From Candidatus Versatilivorator sp. (GTDB taxonomy: Bacteria; Acidobacteriota; Terriglobia; Versatilivoradales; Versatilivoraceae), in the NCBI GenBank assembly GCA_965207735.1, contig OZ242296.1:2848001-2912000 (forward strand): a DNA stretch of 64,000 nucleotides. The letters run 5' to 3'. The translations under genes were made by a program, and so were the position numbers. How positions within the stretch are numbered: the first letter of the stretch is position 1; every line of letters begins with the position of its first letter. Shown piece by piece: positions 17,548 through 28,223 of this stretch. The notes under the pieces were generated by a model. That model did no database searches and was not told the DNA's origin. It saw nothing but the letters and a program-made list of their open reading frames with translations.

Positions 17548-18690
17548 TTAACTCTTCGCTTTGGCCATCTGTTCGTTGTAGGTGTCGGAGGCGGCCTTGA
17601 GCCGCTTCAGAGCCTCTTCGGGGAGGGTGAGTTTGGTGCCCTTGAAGTTCTCTTCCACGTGCTCGGGCTTTTCTCCTCCGGAAAGGGCGCTGGTCACCTC
17701 TGGGTGAGAGAGCACCCAGGCCACGCACACTTGCGGGCGGCTGACTTCCAGCTCTTTCGCAACCCGGTCCAGCTCCTCGATCACGCCCACCAGGGGCGAT
17801 CCCTCCTCGACCTTTCGGCCCGGCACCAGTCTGCCTTCTCCCAGAGGGCTGAAGGCCATCAGTCCCAAGTTGCCCTTGCGAATCAGCGGAAACAACTGCT
17901 GGCTCATGAAGTCCCGGCGGGCGCCGGCCACGATGTTGTAGTAGTCCTGCAGGCCGGCGAGGCGCGATTTTGCCGACCTGTCAGGCCTCAGTCCGATCTC
18001 GATCAGCTCGTCCACCTGTCTGGGCAGGTGGTTGGAAACTCCCCAGTAACGGATCTTGCCGGACTGCACCAGGCTGTCCATGGCGTCGGCGATCTCCTCC
18101 ATGTGTTCCAGTGTCGGGGTGTCGTGAGGTGGCGAGTGCTGCTCGTCGGAGGGAGTGAGCTTGTCGGCGCCGTGGAGCAGATAAATGTCGATGTAGTCGG
18201 TTTGCAGGCGTTTGAGGCTGGCATTGCACTTTTGGGTCAGGACCTCCTTGGTGAAGACCAGGGGCTTCCCTTCGGAGCCGGTTTGGGCGGCCTTGGTGGA
18301 GATCACCACCTCGCTCCTCAGTCCGGCGATTCCGTGCCCCAATGCGGTTTCAGACCCTCCCATGCCGTAGGCTTCGGCGGAGTCGAAGAAGTTGATGCCG
18401 ATGTCGATGCAGTGCCGAATCAGTTTGTGAGCCTCGGCATCCCCGCCCTCGCGACTGAGATGGCGCCGGAAGGCCGTGCCCTGGCAGTGCCTGGAGACGT
18501 AGAGGTCGGTGTGGCCGAACTGCACCAGGTGCGAGGGACGGCTGGCGGGTTCGGGCGGCGGCGGGGCCTGCCGGCAACCGGACAGCGGAGCCAGCACCAC
18601 CGAGCCGGCAGCCGCTCCGCAGGCCTTGAGGAAGGTCCTGCGGTCGGTCGGTCGGTCGACGTGATGGGAAGGCAGGTGACGTTGGGACAT
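17548..18690 (-). CDS. Aldo/keto reductase with Tat/lipoprotein signal (paralog 1)
   Basis: Same motifs and same 380-aa length as neighbour; tandem duplication. Confidence 0.9.
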   Translation of the reverse strand: MSQRHLPSHHVDRPTDRRTFLKACGAAAGSVVLAPLSGCRQAPPPPEPASRPSHLVQFGHTDLYVSRHCQGTAFRRHLSREGGDAEAHKLIRHCIDIGINFFDSAEAYGMGGSETALGHGIAGLRSEVVISTKAAQTGSEGKPLVFTKEVLTQKCNASLKRLQTDYIDIYLLHGADKLTPSDEQHSPPHDTPTLEHMEEIADAMDSLVQSGKIRYWGVSNHLPRQVDELIEIGLRPDRSAKSRLAGLQDYYNIVAGARRDFMSQQLFPLIRKGNLGLMAFSPLGEGRLVPGRKVEEGSPLVGVIEELDRVAKELEVSRPQVCVAWVLSHPEVTSALSGGEKPEHVEENFKGTKLTLPEEALKRLKAASDTYNEQMAKAKS

Positions 18691-19110
18691 TGAGGATTAC
18701 CTTTCTGGAACGGTTCTGTTGCGGTTGCAGTGAATCCTGTTGCCGGCGGCGGTTCCGTGGACGGTCGGGGAAGAGTCAACCAGCCGTTGAACGGGAGCGC
18801 CCTGGCCGCGCGGGCGCGACAGATCTCCCTTTCGCGGGTCTTCGGCGGCCCGGCCTTTGGATGAACGCTTGGGCGGGCGCCCCTAAAATCCTTCAGGCGG
18901 GACGGGTTGTCAAGTCTTTTCAGGGGTTCTGCCACCGGCCGGTCCCGTCGGCGTTTTTCCGGGCCTGCCGGTCCCGACCTCGCGGGCGCCGTTCGGGCTC
19001 CCAAACCTGGAGGCCAAAGGCTTGACAGGTGGAAGGCCCCCCGATATTCTCCGAGGCTTGTTCAGCAATCTTCCCCCGATTTCGGATCCCCCTTCCGTGA
19101 GGACCCCGCA

Positions 19111-20772
19111 ATGAATACTGCCGCTCCGCCCACCCCACACTCGGAAGAGCAGACCCTGCTCGAGGCCCAAAGGAAAGGCGGGCTTGCGCTGGTGCTGGCC
19201 TACTTCAAGCTGTCGGGGCCGGGTTGGCTGCAGAGCGCCCTGACCCTGGGCGGCGGCTCCTTGAGCAGCAGCCTCTACTTGGGCGTGCTGGCCGGCACCT
19301 CCCTCCTCTGGTTGCAACCGCTGGCCATGGTGCTGGGCATCGTCATGCTGAGTGCCATCGGATATGTCACCACCTCCACCGGCGCTTCTCCCTTTCAGGC
19401 CGTCAACCGGCAGGTCAACCCCGTGCTGGGGTGGGGCTGGGCGCTGGCCTCGCTGCTGGCCAGCCTGGTGTGGTCGATGCCCCAGTACTCCCTGGCGACG
19501 GCGGTGGTGCAGCAGAACCTGCTTCCGGGGGTGGTGGAGGGATGGTCGGGCAAGGTCCTGGTGGTGATTCTGATCCTGGGGGTTTCGACGGCTGTCACCT
19601 GGAGCTACGGGCGCGGCCGCATGGGAGTCAAGCTGTACGAGGTCATTCTCAAGATTGCGGTGGCCCTGATCGTGGCCTGTTTCATCGCGGTGGTGATCAC
19701 GCTGAGCCTGTCTTCCCAGGGATTGCCCTGGCAGTCGCTGTGGAAGGGGTTCATCCCCAATCCCCAATCGCTTCTCACCCCCTCGGAACAGTACCAGCCG
19801 CTGCTTCAGGCCGTGAAGGAAGCCCATCGTTCCTACTGGAGCGACCTCATCGTGCAGAAGCAGACCGACGTGCTGGTCAGCGCCGCGGCCACCGCCGTGG
19901 GCATCAACATGACCTTCCTCTTTCCCTACACCCTGCTCAGGCGCAAGTGGGGCAAGGCCTTCCGCGGCTTCGTCATCTTCGATCTGGCCAGCGGCATGCT
20001 GATTCCCTTCGTGATCGCCACCAGTTGCGTGGTCATCGCCGCCGCAACCCAGTTCCACGTCCAACCGCAGCCGGGTCTGGGGCCGGAGACGGCCGAGCAA
20101 CGGATGGCCGCCGCCTCCCCCATTCAGCAGAGGGAGTTCCAGCAGTTGTTGCAGGGTCGAGTGGCCGCCGGCCAATCCGTCGCGCCGGCGGAACACCTAT
20201 CCTTCTCCCCGGCCGAAAGAAAGCTGGCGGCGACGCTGGTGACCCGGGATGCCTTCGACCTGGCCAACTCGCTGCAGCCGTTGAGCGGTCAATCCTTCGC
20301 CAACCTGGTCTTCGGGCTCGGCGTCCTGGGCATGGCCCTGTCGACCATTACGCTGCTGATGCTGGCCTCCGGGCTGGTGATCTGCGAGATGTTCAACCTG
20401 CCCGCCACCGGCTGGACCTATCGGCTGGCCACCCTGACCGCGGCCACCGGGGCCCTGGGACCCTTCGTCTGGAGCAAGGCCGCCTTCTGGCTGGCCATCC
20501 CCACCTCGGTATTCGGCTTTATCCTGCTTCCGCTGGCCTACCTGACCTTCCTGCTTCTCATGAACCAGCGCAAGGTGCTGGGTCCGGAAATGCCTCGCGG
20601 TGCGAGCCGCTGGACCTGGAACAGCCTGATGACCCTGGCCACAGCGGTCGCCGGTTGCGGCAGCCTGCTCATGGTGTGGAAGAAAGGCGGCCCTTGGGGA
20701 ATGGCGGCGGTGGGGCTGGTGGCTGCCGCGGCCCTCTGGTTCCACTTGCGGCGTAAGCGGACGGGTAATTAG
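19111..20772 (+). CDS. NRAMP-like divalent metal cation transporter
   Basis: GPGWLQSALTLGGGS, AVGINMTFL, multiple TM helices; GAGGA before ATG 19111. Confidence 0.75.
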   Translation: MNTAAPPTPHSEEQTLLEAQRKGGLALVLAYFKLSGPGWLQSALTLGGGSLSSSLYLGVLAGTSLLWLQPLAMVLGIVMLSAIGYVTTSTGASPFQAVNRQVNPVLGWGWALASLLASLVWSMPQYSLATAVVQQNLLPGVVEGWSGKVLVVILILGVSTAVTWSYGRGRMGVKLYEVILKIAVALIVACFIAVVITLSLSSQGLPWQSLWKGFIPNPQSLLTPSEQYQPLLQAVKEAHRSYWSDLIVQKQTDVLVSAAATAVGINMTFLFPYTLLRRKWGKAFRGFVIFDLASGMLIPFVIATSCVVIAAATQFHVQPQPGLGPETAEQRMAAASPIQQREFQQLLQGRVAAGQSVAPAEHLSFSPAERKLAATLVTRDAFDLANSLQPLSGQSFANLVFGLGVLGMALSTITLLMLASGLVICEMFNLPATGWTYRLATLTAATGALGPFVWSKAAFWLAIPTSVFGFILLPLAYLTFLLLMNQRKVLGPEMPRGASRWTWNSLMTLATAVAGCGSLLMVWKKGGPWGMAAVGLVAAAALWFHLRRKRTGN

Positions 20773-20806
20773 AGAGGCCCTGCTTTGGGGAAGGGTGCTA
20801 CCAATT

Positions 20807-21050
20807 CGCCGCCTACGCGGCTGCGTTGGCGCGGATTCGGACGACCCCGGGCTGCCGCCCGGGGCTACACGAGGCCGCAGCTTCGCAGCTCTCTCTTAAC
20901 CCACGACACCGCTGGCGGGTAGGATTTTTAAATAGATTATCCCCGGGCGGAAGCCCGGGGTTCCAGGAAGCCGCGAAGCGGCGCCAGCGCTTAGCCATGG
21001 GCGTCAGCCCATGGAAAGCTGCGCATTTGTGTTGAGCCGCGAAGGCGGCG
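20807..21050. repeat. REP/BIME-like cluster; last unit interrupted by island
   Basis: CGCCGCCTACGCGGCT, CCCCGGGCTGCCGCCCGGGG, AGCCGCGAAGCGGCG, CCATGGGCGTCAGCCCATGG, AGCCGCGAAGGCGGCG. Confidence 0.75.
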
Positions 21051-21320
21051 ACTACAACAGAAAACTTATAACTGCTCATTATAATAGACTTACTGTGGTT
21101 ATCCCTGTTGTAGTCCCCTCATTATATCCCTCTATTTGAACGGGAATCCACTGGACTATTCAGGACGTTGATGGACAGGTCTTGCGATGTTTCAACCCCC
21201 GAGACTCTGCCTCCGAGACCGTCGAGCGGGGTGGTAGGCTGTCCCTGGGTTCGGATCGGAGATATCGGGTTGTGAGCATCCTCCAGCCTTGTCCTTCTCG
21301 GCCTCTCTTCCATCTGTGGT

Positions 21321-21478
21321 CTACTGTTTTTCGAGGGCCTCGTCGATGAGGGCGCGCAGCCGGGATCCGACGTTGAGGTGCCGCTGGCTGCCGAGGCGCT
21401 GGAGGCCTTGACGGGTTTCGGGAGAGACATGGATATGAAGCGGTACACGGTGCAATATAGAGACACACAACAACACAT
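21321..21478 (-). CDS. Small ribbon-helix-helix (CopG-like) protein, possibly degenerate, start uncertain
   Basis: RVPLHIHVSPETRQGLQRLGSQRHLNVGSRLRALIDEALEKQ has an RHH-like pattern; short ACACAAC/GCTACA repeats upstream. Confidence 0.4.
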
Positions 21479-21551
21479 GGAGCGACAAGCAGGTTACAAC
21501 GCTACACAACGCTACATGGAGACACACGCAGCCACCGTGAGCGCGAAAAAG

Positions 21552-21950
21552 TGCTCGATGGCCTTCCCGCCAGGGATCACTGTGGAGGGAGCGACCCCGG
21601 AAAGGGGAGGGGAGGTGGTGGATTTTGGCGTGCACCACCTAACCCTGCCCGGTGCCGCACCAGCGGCAAAAATGAGGGGGTCGCTCCCTCCACTTCCTCC
21701 CCCTCCTGTGCGGCGCCACGACGCGCAGTGCGAGGCGGGGACGCCCGGCGCCGGCGCCGCACTACGCTTTACTGCAGAGGACTCGGGGAATCCTTGCTAA
21801 CCCGCTTCCAATGCGGGTTTCCGGGCACAACCTGGACCACGACGGCGAGGACTTCGCCCTCTGAGAGAGGAGCGTTGGAGTGGTCAATAGCGTGAGCCAC
21901 CTGGTGCGCCACCTGTGTGAGCCACCCCCCGTCTGAAAGGTGGCCACCCA
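21552..21950. repeat. Conserved structured non-coding module, copy A
   Basis: 17-bp IR GTGGAGGGAGCGACCCC/GGGGTCGCTCCCTCCAC (21582-21693), internal hairpins, GTGMGCCAC triplet (21892-21925). Confidence 0.8.
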
Positions 21951-22236
21951 TACGACGCCACGTCCTTGACCCCCGGAGGCGGAAATCGTCGATCGATCCC
22001 GCTCCGTCCGAGGCCGGGGTTTCCTCTTCCGCCTGGTCGATCCTGTCCACGACGGCGTCGAGGCCTCCATGGCTTTCGACGGTGTCCCAATCGGCATCAC
22101 CGATGGTCTGCCGGCGGGCCCCCACTTCTGTCGTGGCCGCCCCCGGATCTCGGCTTGCCCGGGCCTGCAGAACCCGCTGGGTGGGGTCGAGATGGTGTTT
22201 GTCCCACTTCGACGACAACCCATTCGACCCTCTCAA
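21890..22236 (-). pseudogene. 3' remnant of a paralog of the 33315-34310 gene
   Basis: TVESHGGLDAVV...IDDFRLRGSRTWRRMGGHLSDGGWLTQVAH aligns with TVERYGGLNAAL...IDEFHLWGSRRCRRMGGHLKKGGWLTEVAH. Confidence 0.75.
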
Positions 22237-22295
22237 GACTCGGGCTCCTCGGGTCTTCAGGTAACGAGCCGCACATACTGAGCCCCCGCCATGTG

Positions 22296-22808
22296 TCAGG
22301 TCTTCCTAAAGAAGCACACTTCCGTATCGTTCCCATCCCGGCAATCGGTCTTCCGATTGAGCTTTACTGTCAGGTCTCGGCGGAGGTTTACCGCTTCCTG
22401 TTTTTTTCGCTCTTTCTCGGCGCCTGTGGAAAACCGGTCCCCAAACCGCTTCCCGCGCGCGTATATAGGGGGAGACAAGGGGACCGGTTGGTTTTCCACA
22501 GGACAAGTCTTTTCTTTTCTATCAACTGAACCAATTTCCGGGGCTTTTGATTCTTGGGAACCGGTTGAGAGACGGGAACCGGTTTTGAGGGGCTTTTCTC
22601 CGCTTTGCATTCGCTCCTGATCTCCGTCTTCGGCAAGGCTCCACAGCACCTTCTGTTTGCCCTTCCTGCGCCGGATCAGCCGCCCTTCCTCCAGCATCTC
22701 GTTCAAGACGCCGGCGATGGTGTCGTTTCGGGCCTCGATGTTTCTCGTAGTTCCCGGGTCGTGATTTTTGGAGGTGACCCCCTCTACCGGCCCGGCTTCG
22801 GGGTCCAT
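22296..22808 (-). pseudogene. Possible C-terminal remnant of a satellite/plasmid replication protein with origin-like repeats
   Basis: wHTH-like IAGVLNEMLEEGRLIRRRKGKQKVLWSL followed by repeated GG(G)AACCGGTT/GGACCGGTT motifs and TATATAGGG. Confidence 0.35.
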
Positions 22809-23375
22809 TTCAGGGTGACATTCCTGTACGTAGCGATTTGGGATACTTTGCGGGAGGAGGAGGGGCGGTCCTCCAAGGTAGGACGATCAGACGGTGATTA
22901 TCGAGTGAGGCGGATCGTTTAGTCACTCTTCCTTAATGTTTCTGTCACAGAAGCCGCAGCCACAGCCATGGGTTTTACTTCTGATAAGACGCCGTAGACC
23001 TCTGAAATCCAGGTACTACAGGTCGTCGGACCCCGAGAAACGTCAGTACAGGGCATCCTATGGCCTCGTTTTTGTCCCGATCGCACTGAAATTCTCGATC
23101 TCCCACAGGAGGGGAGCCCTCCTGTCGCTGAGAGATCCAGAATCGCCCAGGAAGGCCTTTGGGGGGTATTGGGGTACGCCATGGACCGAGAAAACGCAGC
23201 CTGACCGGCAAAGCTCAAGGATTTACCGGGAATCTGGTGACGGGCTGGAGTTCAAAAGCGGTCCCTGGAACACCACAAGACGCACCCCGCCCAGGTCGCC
23301 ACCGGCCTACATCTTGTGCTTTTTGGGAGGTCCGGAGAGTGGTGTCCGGTAAGTCCTTTGGAATGAGTGGGGGTT

Positions 23376-23404
23376 ACGTCCGATAATAGGGGGATATGTC
23401 AACT
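23376..23404 (+). other. Degenerate dif-like (XerCD) site
   Basis: ACGTCCGATAA-TAGGGGG-ATATGTCAACT resembles XerC arm, spacer, XerD arm; spacer is 7 nt rather than 6. Confidence 0.45.
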
Positions 23405-23927
23405 TCTACACGCCGGCGACGAGGACGTGCAGGACCTGGCCGGCTAGGCCAACTTCTCATGCAGTTTCTCAAATCACTGTCCAAAGAAATCGTGGGGCGG
23501 GGGACTAATTTCAAGTGGGCTCTGTGTAAGGAGTCCAGCTCAAAAAGAAGCCTTGCCCTTTCGCCCCGACACCTCTGGTCGTCAGGGACGGATTGAAATA
23601 TCTGTTGGTGGTACGTCAGGTTGATCGGTTGTAGTAACCGGTGGTGTGTCCGGGGCAGCAGACGCTCGCCCTTGCTGAGCTGGCATCTCGGGAGCAGACG
23701 GAGCAAGTAGGACCAGGCGGACAGCCAGCCTCATTATGTGTCGCCTTTATCCCTTGGTGAAAACTGCTGCTATACTGATTTTCAACGATAGATTCTTACA
23801 GTCAGGAACACACGTTAACGCTCTGCAAGGTATTGTGGCTGGATCGCTGTGCACGCGCAGGAAAACCTGCGGTTCATTGGACACGATGGTTCAGTGACGA
23901 TCAGAGGCGGGCCGGAGAGTAAGGAAC

Positions 23928-26147
23928 ATGAGACTCATGATGCTTCTAATGGCTTGCCTGGTCTTGGCATCCGCTCAGGCATTTGGAACGGACTGCAAGG
24001 ACTGGAACACACAAGGGTTCTTTGAGAAAGCCACAACCGAGGTCGTGACCGGCTGCCTCGAATCTGGAGCTGGCGTCACGGTGCGGAACGATGACGGTAA
24101 CACTCCTCTGCATTTTGCCGCGGGGTGGGCCGAGTACCCTGCCATCGTCACCGCTCTGTTGGGAGTTGGCGCCGACCTCAAAGCCCGGAATGATTGGGAC
24201 GCAACCCCTTTTCATCTGGCGGGCGGCAATGAGAGTCCTGCCATCGCCACCGCCCTGTTGGAGGCAGGAGCGGACCCCAAAGCGAGGACATTGCGCGGGT
24301 GGACACCACTGCATTACGCAGCTCGGCGTGGGATGAATCCTGCTGTCGTTGAGGCTCTGGTTGAAGCAGGTGTCGATCCCGCTGCAGGGGACAATGAAGA
24401 CCGCAACGCCCTGCATTGCATTTTCCCTACCCATCCCCTCGACACTAATATCGACAAGATTGCGGCTTTCGTAGCGGCTTTGGTAAATGCCGGAGTGGAT
24501 CCCAAAGCAAGGGATCGGCAGGGCACTACTGCTCTTCACCTGGCGGCCAGATACATGAGCGATCCTGCCGTCATCGAGGTGATGGTCAACGCCGGAATGG
24601 ACATCGAGGCGCGCAATCGAGGGGGCCGCACCGTTCTGTATTCGGCCGCTCAGTCTCGAGAAAGTCTTGCCATGGTCACAGCTCTACTGGAAGCCGGAGC
24701 AGATCCCAAGGTGCGGGATAACTGGGAGCGAACCCCCTTGCATGACGCCGTCAAACGCGCGGAAAATCCCGCTGTCGTTGACAAGCTGGTCAAGGCGGGA
24801 GTGGACCCCAATGCGCGGGACCGGAGCGGCCACACGGCTCTGCATGAGGCCGCTACTCTCAATCGCAACCCGGCCGTCATCTCCGCGTTGCTGAAAGCCG
24901 GGGTGGATCCCAAGGTGCGGGGCAAGGCTGAGTGCACCCCTCTGCATCACGCTGCCAGGGCCATAAGGAATCCTGCGGTCATCGCGCTACTGATAGAGGC
25001 AGGCGTGAATCCTATGGCACGGGATCGGGAGGGCCGCACCGCTCTGCATTGGGCGGCGCGGGATTCCTTCGATGACCACAACCCTGACTTTCTCCTTGCC
25101 CTTTTGGAAGCTGGGGTAGACCCGAAAGCGCGGGACCGGAACGGTCGAACCGCCCTCCATCTGGCAGCGGAGAACACTCGCAATCCTGCCAACATCCCTG
25201 ATCTCGTGAAGTTGGGGTTGGACGTGGAGGCACGCGACTCCAGGGGATTCACCCCCCTGTTCTGGGCCGCCCAAAAAAGCAGCAATCCTGCCGTCACCGC
25301 GACGCTGGTAAGGCTCGGGGCAGACCCCAGGGCGCGCTATGGGATTGGTTACACCCCCCTGCATGAGGCAGCCCGGGGAAATGAAAATTCATCGATTCTC
25401 ACCGCGCTGATCGAGGCGGGCGCCGACCCGAACAGTCAAACTGAGTACGGCGACACCCCCCTGCACAGTGCGGCCGGCCAAAACAGCAATCCGCACGTCA
25501 TCACCACCCTGCTCGAAGCGGGTGCGGATCCCAAGGCTCGGACACGACGAGGCACCACTCCACTGCATCGGGCAGCTGGCCATAACAGCAATCCACACAT
25601 CGTCACCACGTTGTTGGAAGCGGGAGCGGACCACAACGCACGGGATGATAGGAGGTACACTCCCTTGCACGAGGCGGCTCACAACGTCAATTCAGCCATC
25701 ACGACAATACTTCTGGAATCCGGAGCGGACCCCATGGCGCGGGAGCAACAAGGAGACACGCCGCTTTATTTTGCGGCCGGGAACGCTAATCCGGCCGTTT
25801 TGGCTGCGTTGATCAAGGCAGGTGCCGACCCCAACAGTCAAACAGAATCCGACGGTGAAACCCTTCTGCATCATGCGGCCGATAGCAACACCAACCCGGC
25901 CATTATCTCCGCACTGATCGAGGCGGGTGCTGATCCTAACGCTCAGACTGAACACATGAAACGCACACCCCTGCATGAGGCCGCCGAGTACAATAAAAAC
26001 CCGGCTGTCATCGACACGCTGCTGGACGCTGGAGCAGACCCCAATGTATGGGATAGCGAGTCCAAAATCCCTTGGGACTATGCCAGAGGCAGAGACGAGT
26101 TGAAGGGCTCCGCGGCCTATAGGCGTTTGCAAGAGGCGATTGAATAG
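23928..26147 (+). CDS. Secreted ankyrin-repeat protein (~19-20 repeats)
   Basis: Signal peptide, repeated G.TPLH.AA..N.NPAV...LL.AGADP.AR; RBS AAGGA. Confidence 0.95.
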   Translation: MRLMMLLMACLVLASAQAFGTDCKDWNTQGFFEKATTEVVTGCLESGAGVTVRNDDGNTPLHFAAGWAEYPAIVTALLGVGADLKARNDWDATPFHLAGGNESPAIATALLEAGADPKARTLRGWTPLHYAARRGMNPAVVEALVEAGVDPAAGDNEDRNALHCIFPTHPLDTNIDKIAAFVAALVNAGVDPKARDRQGTTALHLAARYMSDPAVIEVMVNAGMDIEARNRGGRTVLYSAAQSRESLAMVTALLEAGADPKVRDNWERTPLHDAVKRAENPAVVDKLVKAGVDPNARDRSGHTALHEAATLNRNPAVISALLKAGVDPKVRGKAECTPLHHAARAIRNPAVIALLIEAGVNPMARDREGRTALHWAARDSFDDHNPDFLLALLEAGVDPKARDRNGRTALHLAAENTRNPANIPDLVKLGLDVEARDSRGFTPLFWAAQKSSNPAVTATLVRLGADPRARYGIGYTPLHEAARGNENSSILTALIEAGADPNSQTEYGDTPLHSAAGQNSNPHVITTLLEAGADPKARTRRGTTPLHRAAGHNSNPHIVTTLLEAGADHNARDDRRYTPLHEAAHNVNSAITTILLESGADPMAREQQGDTPLYFAAGNANPAVLAALIKAGADPNSQTESDGETLLHHAADSNTNPAIISALIEAGADPNAQTEHMKRTPLHEAAEYNKNPAVIDTLLDAGADPNVWDSESKIPWDYARGRDELKGSAAYRRLQEAIE

Positions 26148-26454
26148 CAGCGGTAGACTCTGGCCTCTGGCCAGCGTTTCCGCAATGAGGACGATTAGTG
26201 GAAGACAATGCAGTGTTTTGGTCGCAACGAATTGCTGGGCTGGCGACGGCTGCCGAACGAGCGCACTAGCGCATTTTCGAGTGGCCTCCCCCATAGGACG
26301 GTCCACTTCGAGAGCGATGACTGGTCCGGTCTCCTCAGCCGCCCAGTCCCGGAAGCTGGTCCGTCTTCAGCCATTCGGGAATACTGGTCACGGTCCTGTT
26401 CCCCGCAGACGCCGAGATGAATCGGAGTAAGAAACAGGCTCATCCAATGACCCT

Positions 26455-26885
26455 GGAATGATCGACGATTTCCGCCTCTGGGGGTCAAGCAGGTGCCGTC
26501 AGATGGGCCGCCACGTTTCAGACGGGGGGGTGGCGATCTAAGATGGCGACGATCTTGATACGCACAACGCTTCTCTCTCAGAGGGCGGAGCCCTCGCCGT
26601 TGTGGTCGGGGACTTCCCCGAAACGCTGCATCAGACGCGGGACAACACGGATTTCCCGCGTCCGTTGCGGAAAAGCGAAGCGAGGCTGCGCCTCGCGCGT
26701 CCCCCCTCGTCCGGCGGGGCGGCGCCCGCACGAGAGGGGTGCTGGTGGAGGGAGCGACCCCACCCTTTTGGCCGCTGGTGCGGCGCAGGGAAGGGCAAAG
26801 GTGGCGGCCCCTGTGGCCGCCCGTTGCCCCCCTTGCGGGGAGGTCGCTCCCTCCACAGAGATCCCTTGCGGGAAGGCCATCCAAA
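26455..26885. repeat. Conserved structured non-coding module, copy B (inverted), with last codons of the associated gene
   Basis: GMIDDFRLWGSSRCRQMG tail on + strand, then IR 26745-26856. Confidence 0.8.
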
Positions 26886-26905
26886 GCTGCCGAGGTCAGG
26901 GCCGA

Positions 26906-27150
26906 TCAACTGATCGGTTCTGCCCCTCGACATCCGCCGGCCAGGTAGCCGGCCCAGTCATCCATGAGCCGGCGTCGACGCTCGAACAGGTCCGAGCGCC
27001 GGTAGGCGGCCTCGATCTGGCTGCGGACCTTGTGCGCCAGGGCAGGCTCCAGGACCTCCAGGGCGCGACGGCACAGAGGGACCCGGTGCTCGCGATTCCC
27101 CTTCGTGCGAGGGGCCGGGATGCTCCACACGCCCTCGTCGCTGTCGCTTC
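26906..27150 (-). pseudogene. Internally deleted tyrosine integrase 3' fragment
   Basis: GVWSIPAPRTKGNREHRVPL...ALAHKVRSQIEAAYRRSDLFERRRRLMDDWA. Confidence 0.8.
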
Positions 27151-27299
27151 TCGCGCCATCGAGCCCTCGGTCATGGGAGAGGGAGAAGGGAGCGGCGGGG
27201 GGTGATGGAGGGGCCGGGGGAGAGCTCTCCCCGGTCGGGGGTTCGAAGGGGCCGGAGCCCCTCGCCAGCCCCAATGTATTACATTGGGTAGGCTGGCTC

Positions 27300-27410
27300 C
27301 CCGGCACTACGCGGTGCGCCGCCGGCCTCGCTGTCCCCCCGCCTCGCACGGTGCGCTGGCGCGCCGCACGGGAGGGGGAGGAAGTGGAGGGAAGGCCATC
27401 GAGCGCTGCC
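27300..27410. repeat. Partial non-coding module, copy D (large hairpin deleted)
   Basis: CCCCGCCTCGCACGG...GGAGGGGGAGGAAGTGGAGGGAAGGCCATCGAG matches the flanks of copy A. Confidence 0.65.
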
Positions 27411-27414
27411 GAGG

Positions 27415-28010
27415 TCAGGGCGGATCAACCGATCGGTCCGGCGCTCGACACCCGCCGGCCAGGTAGCCGGCCCAGTCGTCCATCAGGACACGCCGGCGTT
27501 CGAACAGGTCGGAGCGGGCATAGGCCGCCTCGACCCGGTTGCGGACCACATGCGCCAGGGCCGCCTCGATCACCTCCCGGGGATGATCAGTCTCTTCGGC
27601 CGCCCAGTCCCGGAAGCTGGATCTGAACCCGTGCGGCACCGCCGCAATCCCCTGCTCGCGGACCAGCCACCGCAGCTCCTTGTCATTGAGCGGCTTCCCT
27701 TGCCCACGGGTGAACACCAGCGGACCGCCTCCCTCATCCAGTGCCTGCACTGCCTCGAGAATCTCCAGGGCACGTCCACACAGCGGCACCTCGTGCTTCC
27801 GGTTGGCCTTCATCCGCCTGGCCGGGACGGTCCATACGCCAGCGTCCCGATTGATCTCCTCCCACTCGGCCCAGCGCACCTCACTCCACCTGGCCGCCGT
27901 CAGCACCAGAAACTCGAAGGCCAGCTTGGCCATCTCGGGCGCCGTCGCTGCCCGCACCATCCGGATGGCCACAGCCACCTCCCGATGGGGCAAGGCCTGC
28001 ATGTGCTCGT
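27415..28010 (-). pseudogene. Tyrosine integrase, catalytic half only
   Basis: EHMQALPHREV...LTAARWSE...HGFRSSFRDW...LAH...AAY, very similar to the C-terminal half of 34431-35663. Confidence 0.85.
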
Positions 28011-28223
28011 TCAGGCGGTAGGCATTGACGCTCCCAGGGACAATTCTCTCACCGGTAAGTTCCAACACTACTCCAAACTGTGGGTACAGACACGAAAACG
28101 ACATCAAGGTGGCCTTCAAGTCTCGAATTGGCCAAGGGATTCGGCCAACCCACATCGCCCTCAGAACCTGAGCAGATCAAATAGCTTGTAACCCTGACAA
28201 GGTTCTTTTCCCCATCGTCCGGG

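Noticed and set aside
16423-18693. 756-aa plus-strand ORF and other long antisense ORFs (1816-3099, 9098-10981, 18910-20196, 55535-56674, 60271-61641)
   Set aside because: Shadow frames of GC-rich genes on the opposite strand, with no recognisable motifs
23928-26147. Periodic DNA repeats as a possible CRISPR or non-coding array
   Set aside because: The periodicity is the ankyrin coding repeat; no identical repeat-spacer structure was seen anywhere in the window
26195-26300. Serine recombinase N-terminal remnant (LVRQPSPAQQ)
   Set aside because: Too short and degenerate to support
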